Shown piece by piece: positions 35,670 through 43,719 of a stretch of DNA of 64,000 nucleotides. The position numbers and the translations under genes were made by a program. The notes under the pieces are model-generated. The model was not told where the DNA came from, did not search any database, and saw only the letters and a program-made list of their open reading frames with translations. Source of the DNA: Candidatus Omnitrophota bacterium. Its GTDB lineage: Bacteria > Omnitrophota > Gorgyraeia > Gygaellales > Profunditerraquicolaceae. The stretch is from NCBI GenBank assembly GCA_028712255.1, contig JAQTQJ010000001.1:12366-76365 (forward strand). The letters are read 5' to 3'. How positions within the stretch are numbered: the stretch's first letter is position 1; every line of letters starts with the position of its first letter.

Positions 35670-36539
35670 ATGGAAAAGTACATCGAAAAATTTGTGCGGT
35701 ATTTGGAGATTGAGAAGAATTATTCTGCGCATACGATTATAAATTATAAATTAGACCTCCAAGGTTTTAATAAGTTTATCGCAGGCACTGACCTTGAAAA
35801 AATAGATTACCTGATGCTTAGAAAATATTTGGCGGTCTTAAAGGAGAAAAATTTAGGATTGCGTACTGTGGGCCGGCGGCTTTCATCACTACGCAGCTTT
35901 TTTAGGTTTCTTTGCCGTGAGGGGTATATTAAAACTAATCCTATGCTTATGCTCTCTAGCCCTAAATTGGATAAACACTTGCCTTCTTTTATGACTGAGG
36001 AGGAGGTTTATAAATTAATTGAATCGGCGCATAGCAGGAATAAAGATGATTTGTTAGGTTTACGCGATCGGGCAATCTTAGAATCATTTTATTCCAGTGG
36101 CTTGCGTATCTCGGAGTTAGTGGGATTAAACTTAGAAGATATTGATTTTATCAGTGGTATTCTTAAAATAAGAGGTAAAGGCAAGAAAGAAAGAATAGTA
36201 CCGATGGGTGAAACTGCACTTTTGGCTATCCGTAAATACCTGGATAAAAGAAAAAAACAAACAGACGCCATATTTTTGAATAATAACAGCCGGCGGATTA
36301 CTACGCGCGGGGTGCGTTTTGTATTGGAAAAGTATTTAAAGGCAGCAGGGACTAAGCCGGGGGTTTCTGCCCATACCTTTCGTCATTCTTTCGCTACGCA
36401 TCTTTTAAACCGCGGCGCAGATCTGCGTACAGTACAGGAGCTCCTGGGCCATGCGAATTTATCCACCACGCAAATTTATACGCATTTAACTACCGAAAGA
36501 TTAAAAAATGTTTATGATAAGGCGCATCCGCATGCCTGA
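35670..36539 (+). CDS. xerC: tyrosine recombinase XerC/XerD
   Basis: N-terminal SAM-like domain, R..HxxR..Y catalytic residues (HTFRHSFATHLL, LGHANLSTTQIYTH). Confidence 0.85.
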   Translation: MEKYIEKFVRYLEIEKNYSAHTIINYKLDLQGFNKFIAGTDLEKIDYLMLRKYLAVLKEKNLGLRTVGRRLSSLRSFFRFLCREGYIKTNPMLMLSSPKLDKHLPSFMTEEEVYKLIESAHSRNKDDLLGLRDRAILESFYSSGLRISELVGLNLEDIDFISGILKIRGKGKKERIVPMGETALLAIRKYLDKRKKQTDAIFLNNNSRRITTRGVRFVLEKYLKAAGTKPGVSAHTFRHSFATHLLNRGADLRTVQELLGHANLSTTQIYTHLTTERLKNVYDKAHPHA

Positions 36540-36548
36540 GGTAAAAGT

Positions 36549-37880
36549 ATGTTTATAATTTATGATTTAATATTTATGATTTTTGCGTTTCTGTATTTAC
36601 CGTTGTATTTATTAGGCGGAAAATTTCATCAGGGATTCGCCAGGCGTCTGGGTAGCCTGCCGGAGGATTTAAATCTGGATAGGCCGATTTGGATTCATGC
36701 GGTAAGCGTAGGTGAAGTTATCTCTATAAAAGAACTAGTTACCCAGTTAAGAAAAATATATCCGCAGAAAAAAATAGTTATTTCTACGGTAACTGCTACG
36801 GGAAATAAAATTGCAAGAGGCTTGGTTAATAAAGAGGATTTTTTAACTTATCTTCCTTTAGATTTTAGTTTTATTATAAGTAAGGTACTTAAAAGGATTA
36901 ACCCCTGTGTTTTCATTATTGCTGAAACCGAAATTTGGCCGAATTTGATCAGCTGCTTGTATAAACACAAGATACCGGTAGTTACGGTTAATGGCAGGAT
37001 TTCAGATAATTCTTATGGAGGGTATCGGGCGATTAAATTATTTATTCGTCCGGTTTTAAACAAGGTTAGCCAATTTTGCTTGCAATCGGATGTGGATGCT
37101 TTACGATTACAAAATTTAGGAGTCAGAAAAGAAAATATCCAAGTTACGGGGAATGTAAAATTCGATATTAATTTGGAAGCTGCCGTTGGGATTAATGCTT
37201 CAGTTTATCGGCAAAAACTTTTCTTTGACCAGGATGATAAACTATTAGTCTGCGGAAGTACGCATCCTAAAGAGGAGGAGTCTATATTTAAAGCTTATCA
37301 AGAGATTTTGGTTTCATACCCTAAATTTAAACTTCTTATTGCTCCTCGGCATCCGCAGCGCAGTAAAGATATTGGAAACTTAGCAACAGATAATGGTTTT
37401 ATGCCGATTTATATTTCAAGTATTAGCGATTCATGCCCCGTTAGAAGTGGCGACCCGCGCCGCGGGACTTCTAACGGGGCGAGCCCGGCTTGTATTAATA
37501 AATCGGTATTTATTCTTGATGTTATGGGAGAATTGTTTAATTATTATGCTGCGGCGGATATTGTTTTTATGGGTGGTAGTTTGGTTAAGAGAGGCGGCCA
37601 TAATATCCTTGAGCCGGCAAGCCTGAAGAAACCGGTAATTTTTGGGCCGTATATGTTTAACTTTCGGGATATCAGCGAACTGTTTTTGAAAAATAAAGCC
37701 GCTAAAATGGCGCATGATCAAAATGAATTAACTATTAAAATAAAAGAAATTCTTAGTAATCCTGTTGCAGCTAAAGAAATGGCTGAACGTGCCTATGGAT
37801 TGATTATTGCCAACAGAGGTGCTACTATAAAGAATATTCAGGTTATTCAGCAAGTAACCTGGAAACTGTTTCGCAGCTAA
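36549..37880 (+). CDS. waaA: 3-deoxy-D-manno-octulosonic acid (Kdo) transferase
   Basis: N-terminal TM, IWIHAVSVGEV motif, GT30 C-terminal domain; carries an in-frame GC-rich palindromic insertion at approx. 37436-37490. Confidence 0.8.
   Translation: MFIIYDLIFMIFAFLYLPLYLLGGKFHQGFARRLGSLPEDLNLDRPIWIHAVSVGEVISIKELVTQLRKIYPQKKIVISTVTATGNKIARGLVNKEDFLTYLPLDFSFIISKVLKRINPCVFIIAETEIWPNLISCLYKHKIPVVTVNGRISDNSYGGYRAIKLFIRPVLNKVSQFCLQSDVDALRLQNLGVRKENIQVTGNVKFDINLEAAVGINASVYRQKLFFDQDDKLLVCGSTHPKEEESIFKAYQEILVSYPKFKLLIAPRHPQRSKDIGNLATDNGFMPIYISSISDSCPVRSGDPRRGTSNGASPACINKSVFILDVMGELFNYYAAADIVFMGGSLVKRGGHNILEPASLKKPVIFGPYMFNFRDISELFLKNKAAKMAHDQNELTIKIKEILSNPVAAKEMAERAYGLIIANRGATIKNIQVIQQVTWKLFRS
37436..37490. 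repeat. GC-rich palindrome CCCCGTTAGAAGT-ggcgacccgcgccgcggg-ACTTCTAACGGGG inside waaA reading frame
   Basis: perfect 13-bp inverted repeat; local GC far above genome average; translated as PVRSGDPRRGTSNGASP without breaking the ORF. Confidence 0.6.
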
Positions 37881-37918
37881 TCGGGAAATGGGGGTCTAAG
37901 TATTCATGGGAGGCAAAT

Positions 37919-38389
37919 ATGTCTGGAGATATTTATCTGACGCAAGAAGGTTATGAAAGATTAGTTACTGAGTTGGAACAATTAAAAACAGTTAAGCGCC
38001 GGCAGCTCTCTCGCGCAGTGGGGGAAGCTAGGAGTCATGGGGATATCAGTGAGAATGCTGAATATGATGCGGCTAAGGATGCACAAGCTCACAATGAGAA
38101 GCAGATTATGGAACTAGAGGATAAACTGGCGCGCGTGCGTATATTGGATAAGGATATGCCTAGTGATGAAGTTTTGATTGGTGCTACGGTAAAATTAAAG
38201 GATATGGATACTGACGAAGAACTTGAATATACTTTGGTTTCGGAGTTGGAGGCTGATTATAACCAGAATAAGATTTCCGTTACTTCTCCGGTTGGGCAGG
38301 GGTTATTGGGGCATAAGGAGAATGAAGTTGTAGAAATAAAGATTCCTGCTGGGATCTTAAAATATAAAGTAATCAAGATATCACGGTAA
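37919..38389 (+). CDS. greA: transcription elongation factor GreA
   Basis: YLTQEGYERL...HGDISENAEYDAAKD coiled-coil plus FKBP-like C-terminal domain. Confidence 0.9.
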   Translation: MSGDIYLTQEGYERLVTELEQLKTVKRRQLSRAVGEARSHGDISENAEYDAAKDAQAHNEKQIMELEDKLARVRILDKDMPSDEVLIGATVKLKDMDTDEELEYTLVSELEADYNQNKISVTSPVGQGLLGHKENEVVEIKIPAGILKYKVIKISR

Positions 38390-38420
38390 ATTTGTAATAG
38401 TTCAGTTTTAAGGAGTAGTT

Positions 38421-38503
38421 GTGTCATTGCGAGGAGCGATAGCGACGAAGCAATCTAAAAAAAGATTGCTTCCCCTTCGCTTCGCTCAGGGTCGCAATGA
38501 CAC
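38421..38503. repeat. nested-palindrome element, full copy
   Basis: gtgtcattgcgaggagcgatagcgacgaagcaatctaaaaaaagattgcttccccttcgcttcgctcagggtcgcaatgacac. Confidence 0.85.
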
Positions 38504-38546
38504 TCGTCTGGTACCTCCAAGAGCTGAATGATTACTTAAATTTTAA

Positions 38547-38708
38547 ATGCAAGAGAAGATTGGCCATTTAAAAGTAGATATTTTCAAGATTAAGAATAGG
38601 GCAGGATTTGCGGCTGTGTGTTTTGAGCATCTTACTGAAGGTAAAACTCCTCAGGAAGCCTACGATCGTATGATTAAGGCTTTACGCAGGAGCAACCGTA
38701 AGCAGTAG
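38547..38708 (+). CDS. possible small ORF (53 aa) not in the ORF track
   Basis: MQEKIGHLKVDIFKIKNRAGFAAVCFEHLTEGKTPQEAYDRMIKALRRSNRKQ reads like a folded small protein; no obvious RBS. Confidence 0.2.
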   Translation: MQEKIGHLKVDIFKIKNRAGFAAVCFEHLTEGKTPQEAYDRMIKALRRSNRKQ

Positions 38709-38721
38709 ATAATAGAATATT

Positions 38722-39210
38722 TTGGATAAAAAAATAAGAAATCAGGATTTAAAATTTATGCGCCTAGCGATAGATATAGCTAGGGAAGGGATAAAGAAAG
38801 GCCAAACTCCTTTTGGCGCATGTATTGTAAAAAATAATAAAGTTATTGTCTGTGACCACAATGTTGTCTGGAAAGATACGGATATCACTGCTCATGCCGA
38901 GATTATCGCGATTCGCCACGCCTGTGATTTGTTAAAAAGTATAGATTTATCTGGATGTACCATTTATTCTACATGCGAGCCCTGCCCGATGTGTTTTTCT
39001 GCCTGTCATTGGGCCAGGATTTCACGTATAGTCTTTGGATGCTCAATAAAAGATGCCAAAGATTTTGGCTTTAATGAACTGGTTGTATCTAATTTGAAGT
39101 TAAAGCAATTGACTAAGAGTAAGATTGATATTACTTCGGGTTTATTGGTAAAGGAAAATATCGCGCTTTTTGAATTTTGGCAGAAGCAGTCCGCAGGTAA
39201 AGCTTATTAG
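38722..39210 (+). CDS. tadA: nucleoside (tRNA adenosine/guanine-type) deaminase, CDA fold
   Basis: HAEIIAIRHAC ... CEPCPMC zinc-binding motifs. Confidence 0.65.
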   Translation: MDKKIRNQDLKFMRLAIDIAREGIKKGQTPFGACIVKNNKVIVCDHNVVWKDTDITAHAEIIAIRHACDLLKSIDLSGCTIYSTCEPCPMCFSACHWARISRIVFGCSIKDAKDFGFNELVVSNLKLKQLTKSKIDITSGLLVKENIALFEFWQKQSAGKAY

Positions 39211-39219
39211 GAGGGGTTA

Positions 39220-39603
39220 ATGTATAAAGCAGAAGTTACTCATAATTCAGATTTTGCTTTTACGGTTAAAACAGGTGAAAGTGAATTTATAATCGACGCC
39301 AAGGGTAAGGGATTGACTTCGTTAGATGCGCTTTTAGCCGGATTAGGCAGTTGTATTGGTGTGTATATTCGTAAATACTCGCAAGGGGCAAAATTAAACC
39401 TGGAGAATTTTAAGGTAAATGTTTCCGCAGAGCTTTCTGCTCAGGCTCCGTTTTCTTTTAGGGAGATTAATGTTGATATAGATTTAAAAAATTGCCAGTT
39501 AGATGAACGTAGGCAGAAGGCATTACTTGAATTTATCAAGAATTGCCCTGCGCATAACACTTTAAAAAGTAGCCCTCAAATCGAATTCAAGCTGATATGC
39601 TAG
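39220..39603 (+). CDS. OsmC/Ohr family peroxiredoxin-like protein
   Basis: LDALLAGLGSCIGVYIRKY with conserved Cys pair spacing of OsmC-like proteins. Confidence 0.7.
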   Translation: MYKAEVTHNSDFAFTVKTGESEFIIDAKGKGLTSLDALLAGLGSCIGVYIRKYSQGAKLNLENFKVNVSAELSAQAPFSFREINVDIDLKNCQLDERRQKALLEFIKNCPAHNTLKSSPQIEFKLIC

Positions 39604-40319
39604 ATATAAAAGTAAGACAATCCGGAAATATTGTGATTTTAGATTTGAGTGGCCGCATAGATGCAGATTCGGCGAATCTTGTGGAGGTAGTCGGCCAATG
39701 TGTGCGTGATGGGTATGTGGATATCCTTTGTAATCTTGAAGACGTTGAGTTAATAGATTATATGGGTATTTCGGTAGTAGTTATTGCCTATAAAGAAGTA
39801 GTTAATCATCAGGGGAGGATAAAATTTGTGAATGTTCCAGTGCATCTTAGAGGAGTATTTGCGATTTCCGGTACCGATAGGGTAATTGAGATTTATGCCA
39901 GTGAGGAGCAGGCTCTGAACAGTTTCAAGGAAGATAAGATTATCGAAAATATCAAGAAAATGCAGCTGCGCCGTAGGTTTAAGCGTTTACCGATTGACTT
40001 GAAAATAGAATTGAAATCTAAGAAAGATGATTCTTCTTCATGCCTAAAAGTTGATATCCTTAACTTAAGCGCAGTAGGGGCTTTCATATTTGGCTGTGGT
40101 GAATTTAAGCTTGGCGATGAAGTAGTGCTTAAGATGAAACTTGCTCCGAAACAGGAGGAACTAGAGCTTAAGGCGCGTGTTGTTTGGGTTCCGGATAAAG
40201 AAGTTCAGAGGCATGAGTATCCGGGAATCGGAGTAGAGTTCAGTAATATCTCTACAGCTAATCAGCAAAAACTAATCGAATTTATCGAGCGCAATTTTTC
40301 TTTTATGTCTTCGGATTAA
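39597..40319 (+). CDS. STAS (anti-sigma-factor antagonist) domain fused to PilZ domain
   Basis: N-term IVILDLSGRIDADSANLVEVV (SpoIIAA-like); C-term RRxxR ... D-x-S-x-x-G (RRRFKRLPIDLKI...LNLSAVGAFI) PilZ c-di-GMP motifs. Confidence 0.6.
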   Translation: MLDIKVRQSGNIVILDLSGRIDADSANLVEVVGQCVRDGYVDILCNLEDVELIDYMGISVVVIAYKEVVNHQGRIKFVNVPVHLRGVFAISGTDRVIEIYASEEQALNSFKEDKIIENIKKMQLRRRFKRLPIDLKIELKSKKDDSSSCLKVDILNLSAVGAFIFGCGEFKLGDEVVLKMKLAPKQEELELKARVVWVPDKEVQRHEYPGIGVEFSNISTANQQKLIEFIERNFSFMSSD

Positions 40320-40478
40320 AATACCTATCTTATTGCAATTCTTAAGTTTTTATCCTTGAAATCATTTGCCTCTGTATCCCTTGTGTGATATCATATTTCT
40401 TTAAAGCGAGTATATCTTAGAGCACTCCGCGCTTAAGGGTGTTGCGCAGGTTTTCCTCTGCGGGAAGGAGAATTAGCT

Positions 40479-40751
40479 ATGGATTGGAAAGTTTTTGTTG
40501 CTACTTTTGGAGCGGTATTTTTTGCGGAATTAGCGGATAAAACTCAGTTAGTTGGGATTGGTATGGCTGCCAAAACTGGTAAGCCTTTATCTGTCTGGAT
40601 GGGGTCAGTTAGCGCTTATATTCTGGTTACATTGATTTCGGTCTTTTTAGGGGCAATTATGGCAAGATTTATCAGGCCGGAGTTAATTCGTTATATCGGT
40701 GCATCTATGTTTATCCTTATCGGATTCTTAATGCTGCTTAAGGTGATTTAA
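40479..40751 (+). CDS. UPF0016/GDT1 (TMEM165-like) cation transporter half-unit
   Basis: E-LAD-K-T-Q motif (ELADKTQL) in first TM helix, 90 aa with 3 TM helices. Confidence 0.6.
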   Translation: MDWKVFVATFGAVFFAELADKTQLVGIGMAAKTGKPLSVWMGSVSAYILVTLISVFLGAIMARFIRPELIRYIGASMFILIGFLMLLKVI

Positions 40752-40754
40752 GCC

Positions 40755-41798
40755 ATGCTCTCACAAAGAGAATATCTTTACAATTTGGTTACCGGCAAGA
40801 TAAAAGGGCCTGTCGCGGTATTTTTAAGGCTATTTTTATTTATGCTTTCACTTATCTATGGTTTAGCTGTGGTTAGCTTAGTGGCTTGTTATAAAAGAAG
40901 GTTTGTGCAGCTGGGCGCCAAAGTTATTAGCGTGGGTAATATCACTTTGGGTGGTACAGGTAAAACTACCTTTGTTGAATATCTATCTAATTTATTAAGT
41001 TTGCAAGGTAAAAAAGTTGCTGTATTAAGCCGGGGTTACCGCCGGGCTCAGGGCATAGGAGATGAGCCGGCAATGCTACAGAGAAAACTTCCCTTTGTCC
41101 ATGTAATTGTAAATAAGAATAGAATTGAGGCTGCAGATGAGGCAATCAGGCAGTATGCAGCAGATACGCTGATATTGGATGATGGTATGCAGCAGTGGAA
41201 AATATTCAAAGATTTAGAGATTGTGACGATTGATGCCGGAGACCCTTTTGGTAACGGCCGTATGCTTCCGGCAGGATTTTTACGCGAGCCACTAACTGCT
41301 TTAAAGCGCGCGGATATTTTTGTATTGACCCAGGTTGGTTTAGCCAAAGATACCAGTATTCTTACTGATAAATTAAAGCGCATAAATTCCAAGGCTTTGA
41401 TTATTGAATCAATCCATAAGCCCGATGGGTTTAACAGTGTTTCTAATCCGGGTGAATTTTTAGAGCTAGATGCGCTTAAGGAAAAAAGCGCATTGATATT
41501 TTCCGGTATCGGTAATCCCCAGGGGTTTGAAAATTGTATTGATGAACTGGGAGTTAATATTACAAAAGCTTTAAGATTCGCTGATCACCACGATTATACG
41601 CAGGCAGATATTGATGATGTTATTAAAGAGGCGCACCAATTAAATTTAGATGCCATTATTACAACGCATAAGGATGCTGTAAAGATAAAGGAGTTTCAAA
41701 TCAAAGGGGCTAAGATATTAGCCTTGAACATAAAACTGAATATAACCAAAAATGAAGCAGAATTTAATCGCAGACTACTTAAGCTGTATTCTCTTTAG
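40755..41798 (+). CDS. lpxK: tetraacyldisaccharide 4'-kinase
   Basis: VISVGNITLGGTGKTTFVEYL P-loop after N-terminal TM helix. Confidence 0.85.
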   Translation: MLSQREYLYNLVTGKIKGPVAVFLRLFLFMLSLIYGLAVVSLVACYKRRFVQLGAKVISVGNITLGGTGKTTFVEYLSNLLSLQGKKVAVLSRGYRRAQGIGDEPAMLQRKLPFVHVIVNKNRIEAADEAIRQYAADTLILDDGMQQWKIFKDLEIVTIDAGDPFGNGRMLPAGFLREPLTALKRADIFVLTQVGLAKDTSILTDKLKRINSKALIIESIHKPDGFNSVSNPGEFLELDALKEKSALIFSGIGNPQGFENCIDELGVNITKALRFADHHDYTQADIDDVIKEAHQLNLDAIITTHKDAVKIKEFQIKGAKILALNIKLNITKNEAEFNRRLLKLYSL

Positions 41799-43719
41799 GG
41801 TTTTGAGTTTTTTTACCTCTTTCATACCCCTAGATTTTAGCCTTTTTTTAGGCAGGAGGCTGGGGGATCTTATTTATCTATTCGATAGGCGGCATCGGGT
41901 AATTGCCTACGCTAATATCAGAAAGACTGTTGCAGATAAACTTGATTGCGCATCTAGCGCAAGGATTACACGCAGGGCTTATCAGGCATTTGGACAGAAT
42001 CTTATTGAAATTTCTTTTATCCCGCGCATAAATAAGCGGTATCTTAAAAAATATATTCAGATTGAAAATGAGGATTGTATACAGAAGGCTTTTAATAGAG
42101 GTAAAGGTGTAATTTTCCTCATTGTGCATGAGGGTAACTGGGAGTTATCCAATATTATTTGCGCGAATTTAGGTTTTCCTTTTCTTCTGTTTGTGCGTGA
42201 TCAGGGTTTCCCGAAATTAAATGCCCTACTTAACTCTTACCGGCTTAAACAGGGAGCGATGATTATCCATAAAGAAGGTGGCCTGCGTCAGCTGGTTGAG
42301 GCGTTAAAGAGTAACCAGGCAATTGGGATGACCGTGGATCAGGGTGGTAAGAGCGGAGAGATTGTTAAATTTTTCGGTAAAGAAGCTTCCATGTCGGTTG
42401 GCGCGGTAAAGTTAGCAATAAAATTCGATTGTTCAATAATTCCAGTTTTTTATACACGCATTAAGGGCCCATATACCAAAGTAATTCTGGACCAAGTTTA
42501 TACAGCAACTAGAACTAATAATCCTGAAAGTGATTTAAGGGAAAATTTACAAAGATTAATTAACGTTTACGAAGGGTATATCCGTAAATATCCTCATGAA
42601 TACCTCTGGACTTATAAAATCTGGAAGTATGGTTTGGAAAGAGAAATCTTGATTCTTTCTGACGGAAAGACCGGGCATCTGCGCCAATCGCAAGGTTTAG
42701 CTAAATTAATTGGGCAACAGTTGGCTAACCGCGGCATAAAATATAATTTATCTATTCAGGAGGTAAAATTCCACTCAAGGCTATCTGAATTTATATTTAA
42801 TTGGGCACCTGTGGTTTGCATCCGTTGCCTGTATCATGTTTTAACTAATGAGAGCTGGCAGAGTTTGGTGAGTTTTAATCCAGATATAATAATTTCTGCC
42901 GGAGGATCAATTTCCCGGGTCAATTATCTTCTGGTAAAAGAAAATTATGCCAAATCCATTGTTTTGATGCGCCCAACCAATATATCTTTAAAGAAATTTA
43001 ATCTAGTAATTATACCTGAACATGATTGGCCACAAGGCCATGGTTTGGCCTCCTTTGGCCAAAGCCACAGGCCGGTTAAAAGGGAGAATGTGGTATCTAC
43101 TGAAGGCGCGCTTAATTTAATCGATTCAGATTACTTAAAAGAAAAATCTATTAGCCTAGAGCAGTCTAATCTTTTAAAAGTCCGTTTGTCCACTCCATGT
43201 ATTGGAGTTTTAATCGGAGGAAATACTAAGAAGTTTTCTATTGATACACATGATATAATAGAATTATCTGGTCAAGTCAAAAAAGTATCCGAAGAATTAA
43301 ATGCAGATATACTTATTTCTACTTCCAGGCGTACCAGTGTTGCAGTAGAGCGGGTTTTGAAGGATGAGTTCAGCACTTATACGCGTTGTAAGCTTTTGGT
43401 TATTGCCAATGAAAGTAATAACCCTGATGTTGTTGGCGCAATACTGGGATTAAGCAATATAATTATCTGTTCGCCGGAAAGTATCTCGATGATTTCTGAA
43501 GCTGTCTGCGCAGAAAAGTACGTCGTAGTATTTAAGGGGCGCGGCCTTAGCAAAAAACATGAATGTTTTTTAAAGAACTATCAGGATAAAGGATATATAT
43601 ATTTAAATAAAACAAATGATTTAGCAGACGGCATTAAAGAAATATGGCTAAATAAACCCAAGATAAATATTCCTCAGGATAATTTAAAGGTAGCTGAGGC
43701 GTTGAATAAAATACTATGA
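41752..43719 (+). CDS. lipid A late acyltransferase (LpxL/HtrB family) fused to a GT-B-like domain (ELM1/DUF1022-like or LpxB-like)
   Basis: N-term HEGNWE acyltransferase motif; C-term begins ILILSDGKTGHLRQSQGLAKLI; cannot discriminate ELM1 vs LpxB by eye. Confidence 0.55.
   Translation: MKQNLIADYLSCILFRVLSFFTSFIPLDFSLFLGRRLGDLIYLFDRRHRVIAYANIRKTVADKLDCASSARITRRAYQAFGQNLIEISFIPRINKRYLKKYIQIENEDCIQKAFNRGKGVIFLIVHEGNWELSNIICANLGFPFLLFVRDQGFPKLNALLNSYRLKQGAMIIHKEGGLRQLVEALKSNQAIGMTVDQGGKSGEIVKFFGKEASMSVGAVKLAIKFDCSIIPVFYTRIKGPYTKVILDQVYTATRTNNPESDLRENLQRLINVYEGYIRKYPHEYLWTYKIWKYGLEREILILSDGKTGHLRQSQGLAKLIGQQLANRGIKYNLSIQEVKFHSRLSEFIFNWAPVVCIRCLYHVLTNESWQSLVSFNPDIIISAGGSISRVNYLLVKENYAKSIVLMRPTNISLKKFNLVIIPEHDWPQGHGLASFGQSHRPVKRENVVSTEGALNLIDSDYLKEKSISLEQSNLLKVRLSTPCIGVLIGGNTKKFSIDTHDIIELSGQVKKVSEELNADILISTSRRTSVAVERVLKDEFSTYTRCKLLVIANESNNPDVVGAILGLSNIIICSPESISMISEAVCAEKYVVVFKGRGLSKKHECFLKNYQDKGYIYLNKTNDLADGIKEIWLNKPKINIPQDNLKVAEALNKIL

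Noticed and set aside
37393-37721. Overlapping + (77 aa) and - (96 aa) ORFs inside waaA around the GC palindrome
   Set aside because: Both are created by the GC-rich palindromic insertion and lie within or antisense to the waaA frame, which stays open through the palindrome with conserved flanking motifs.
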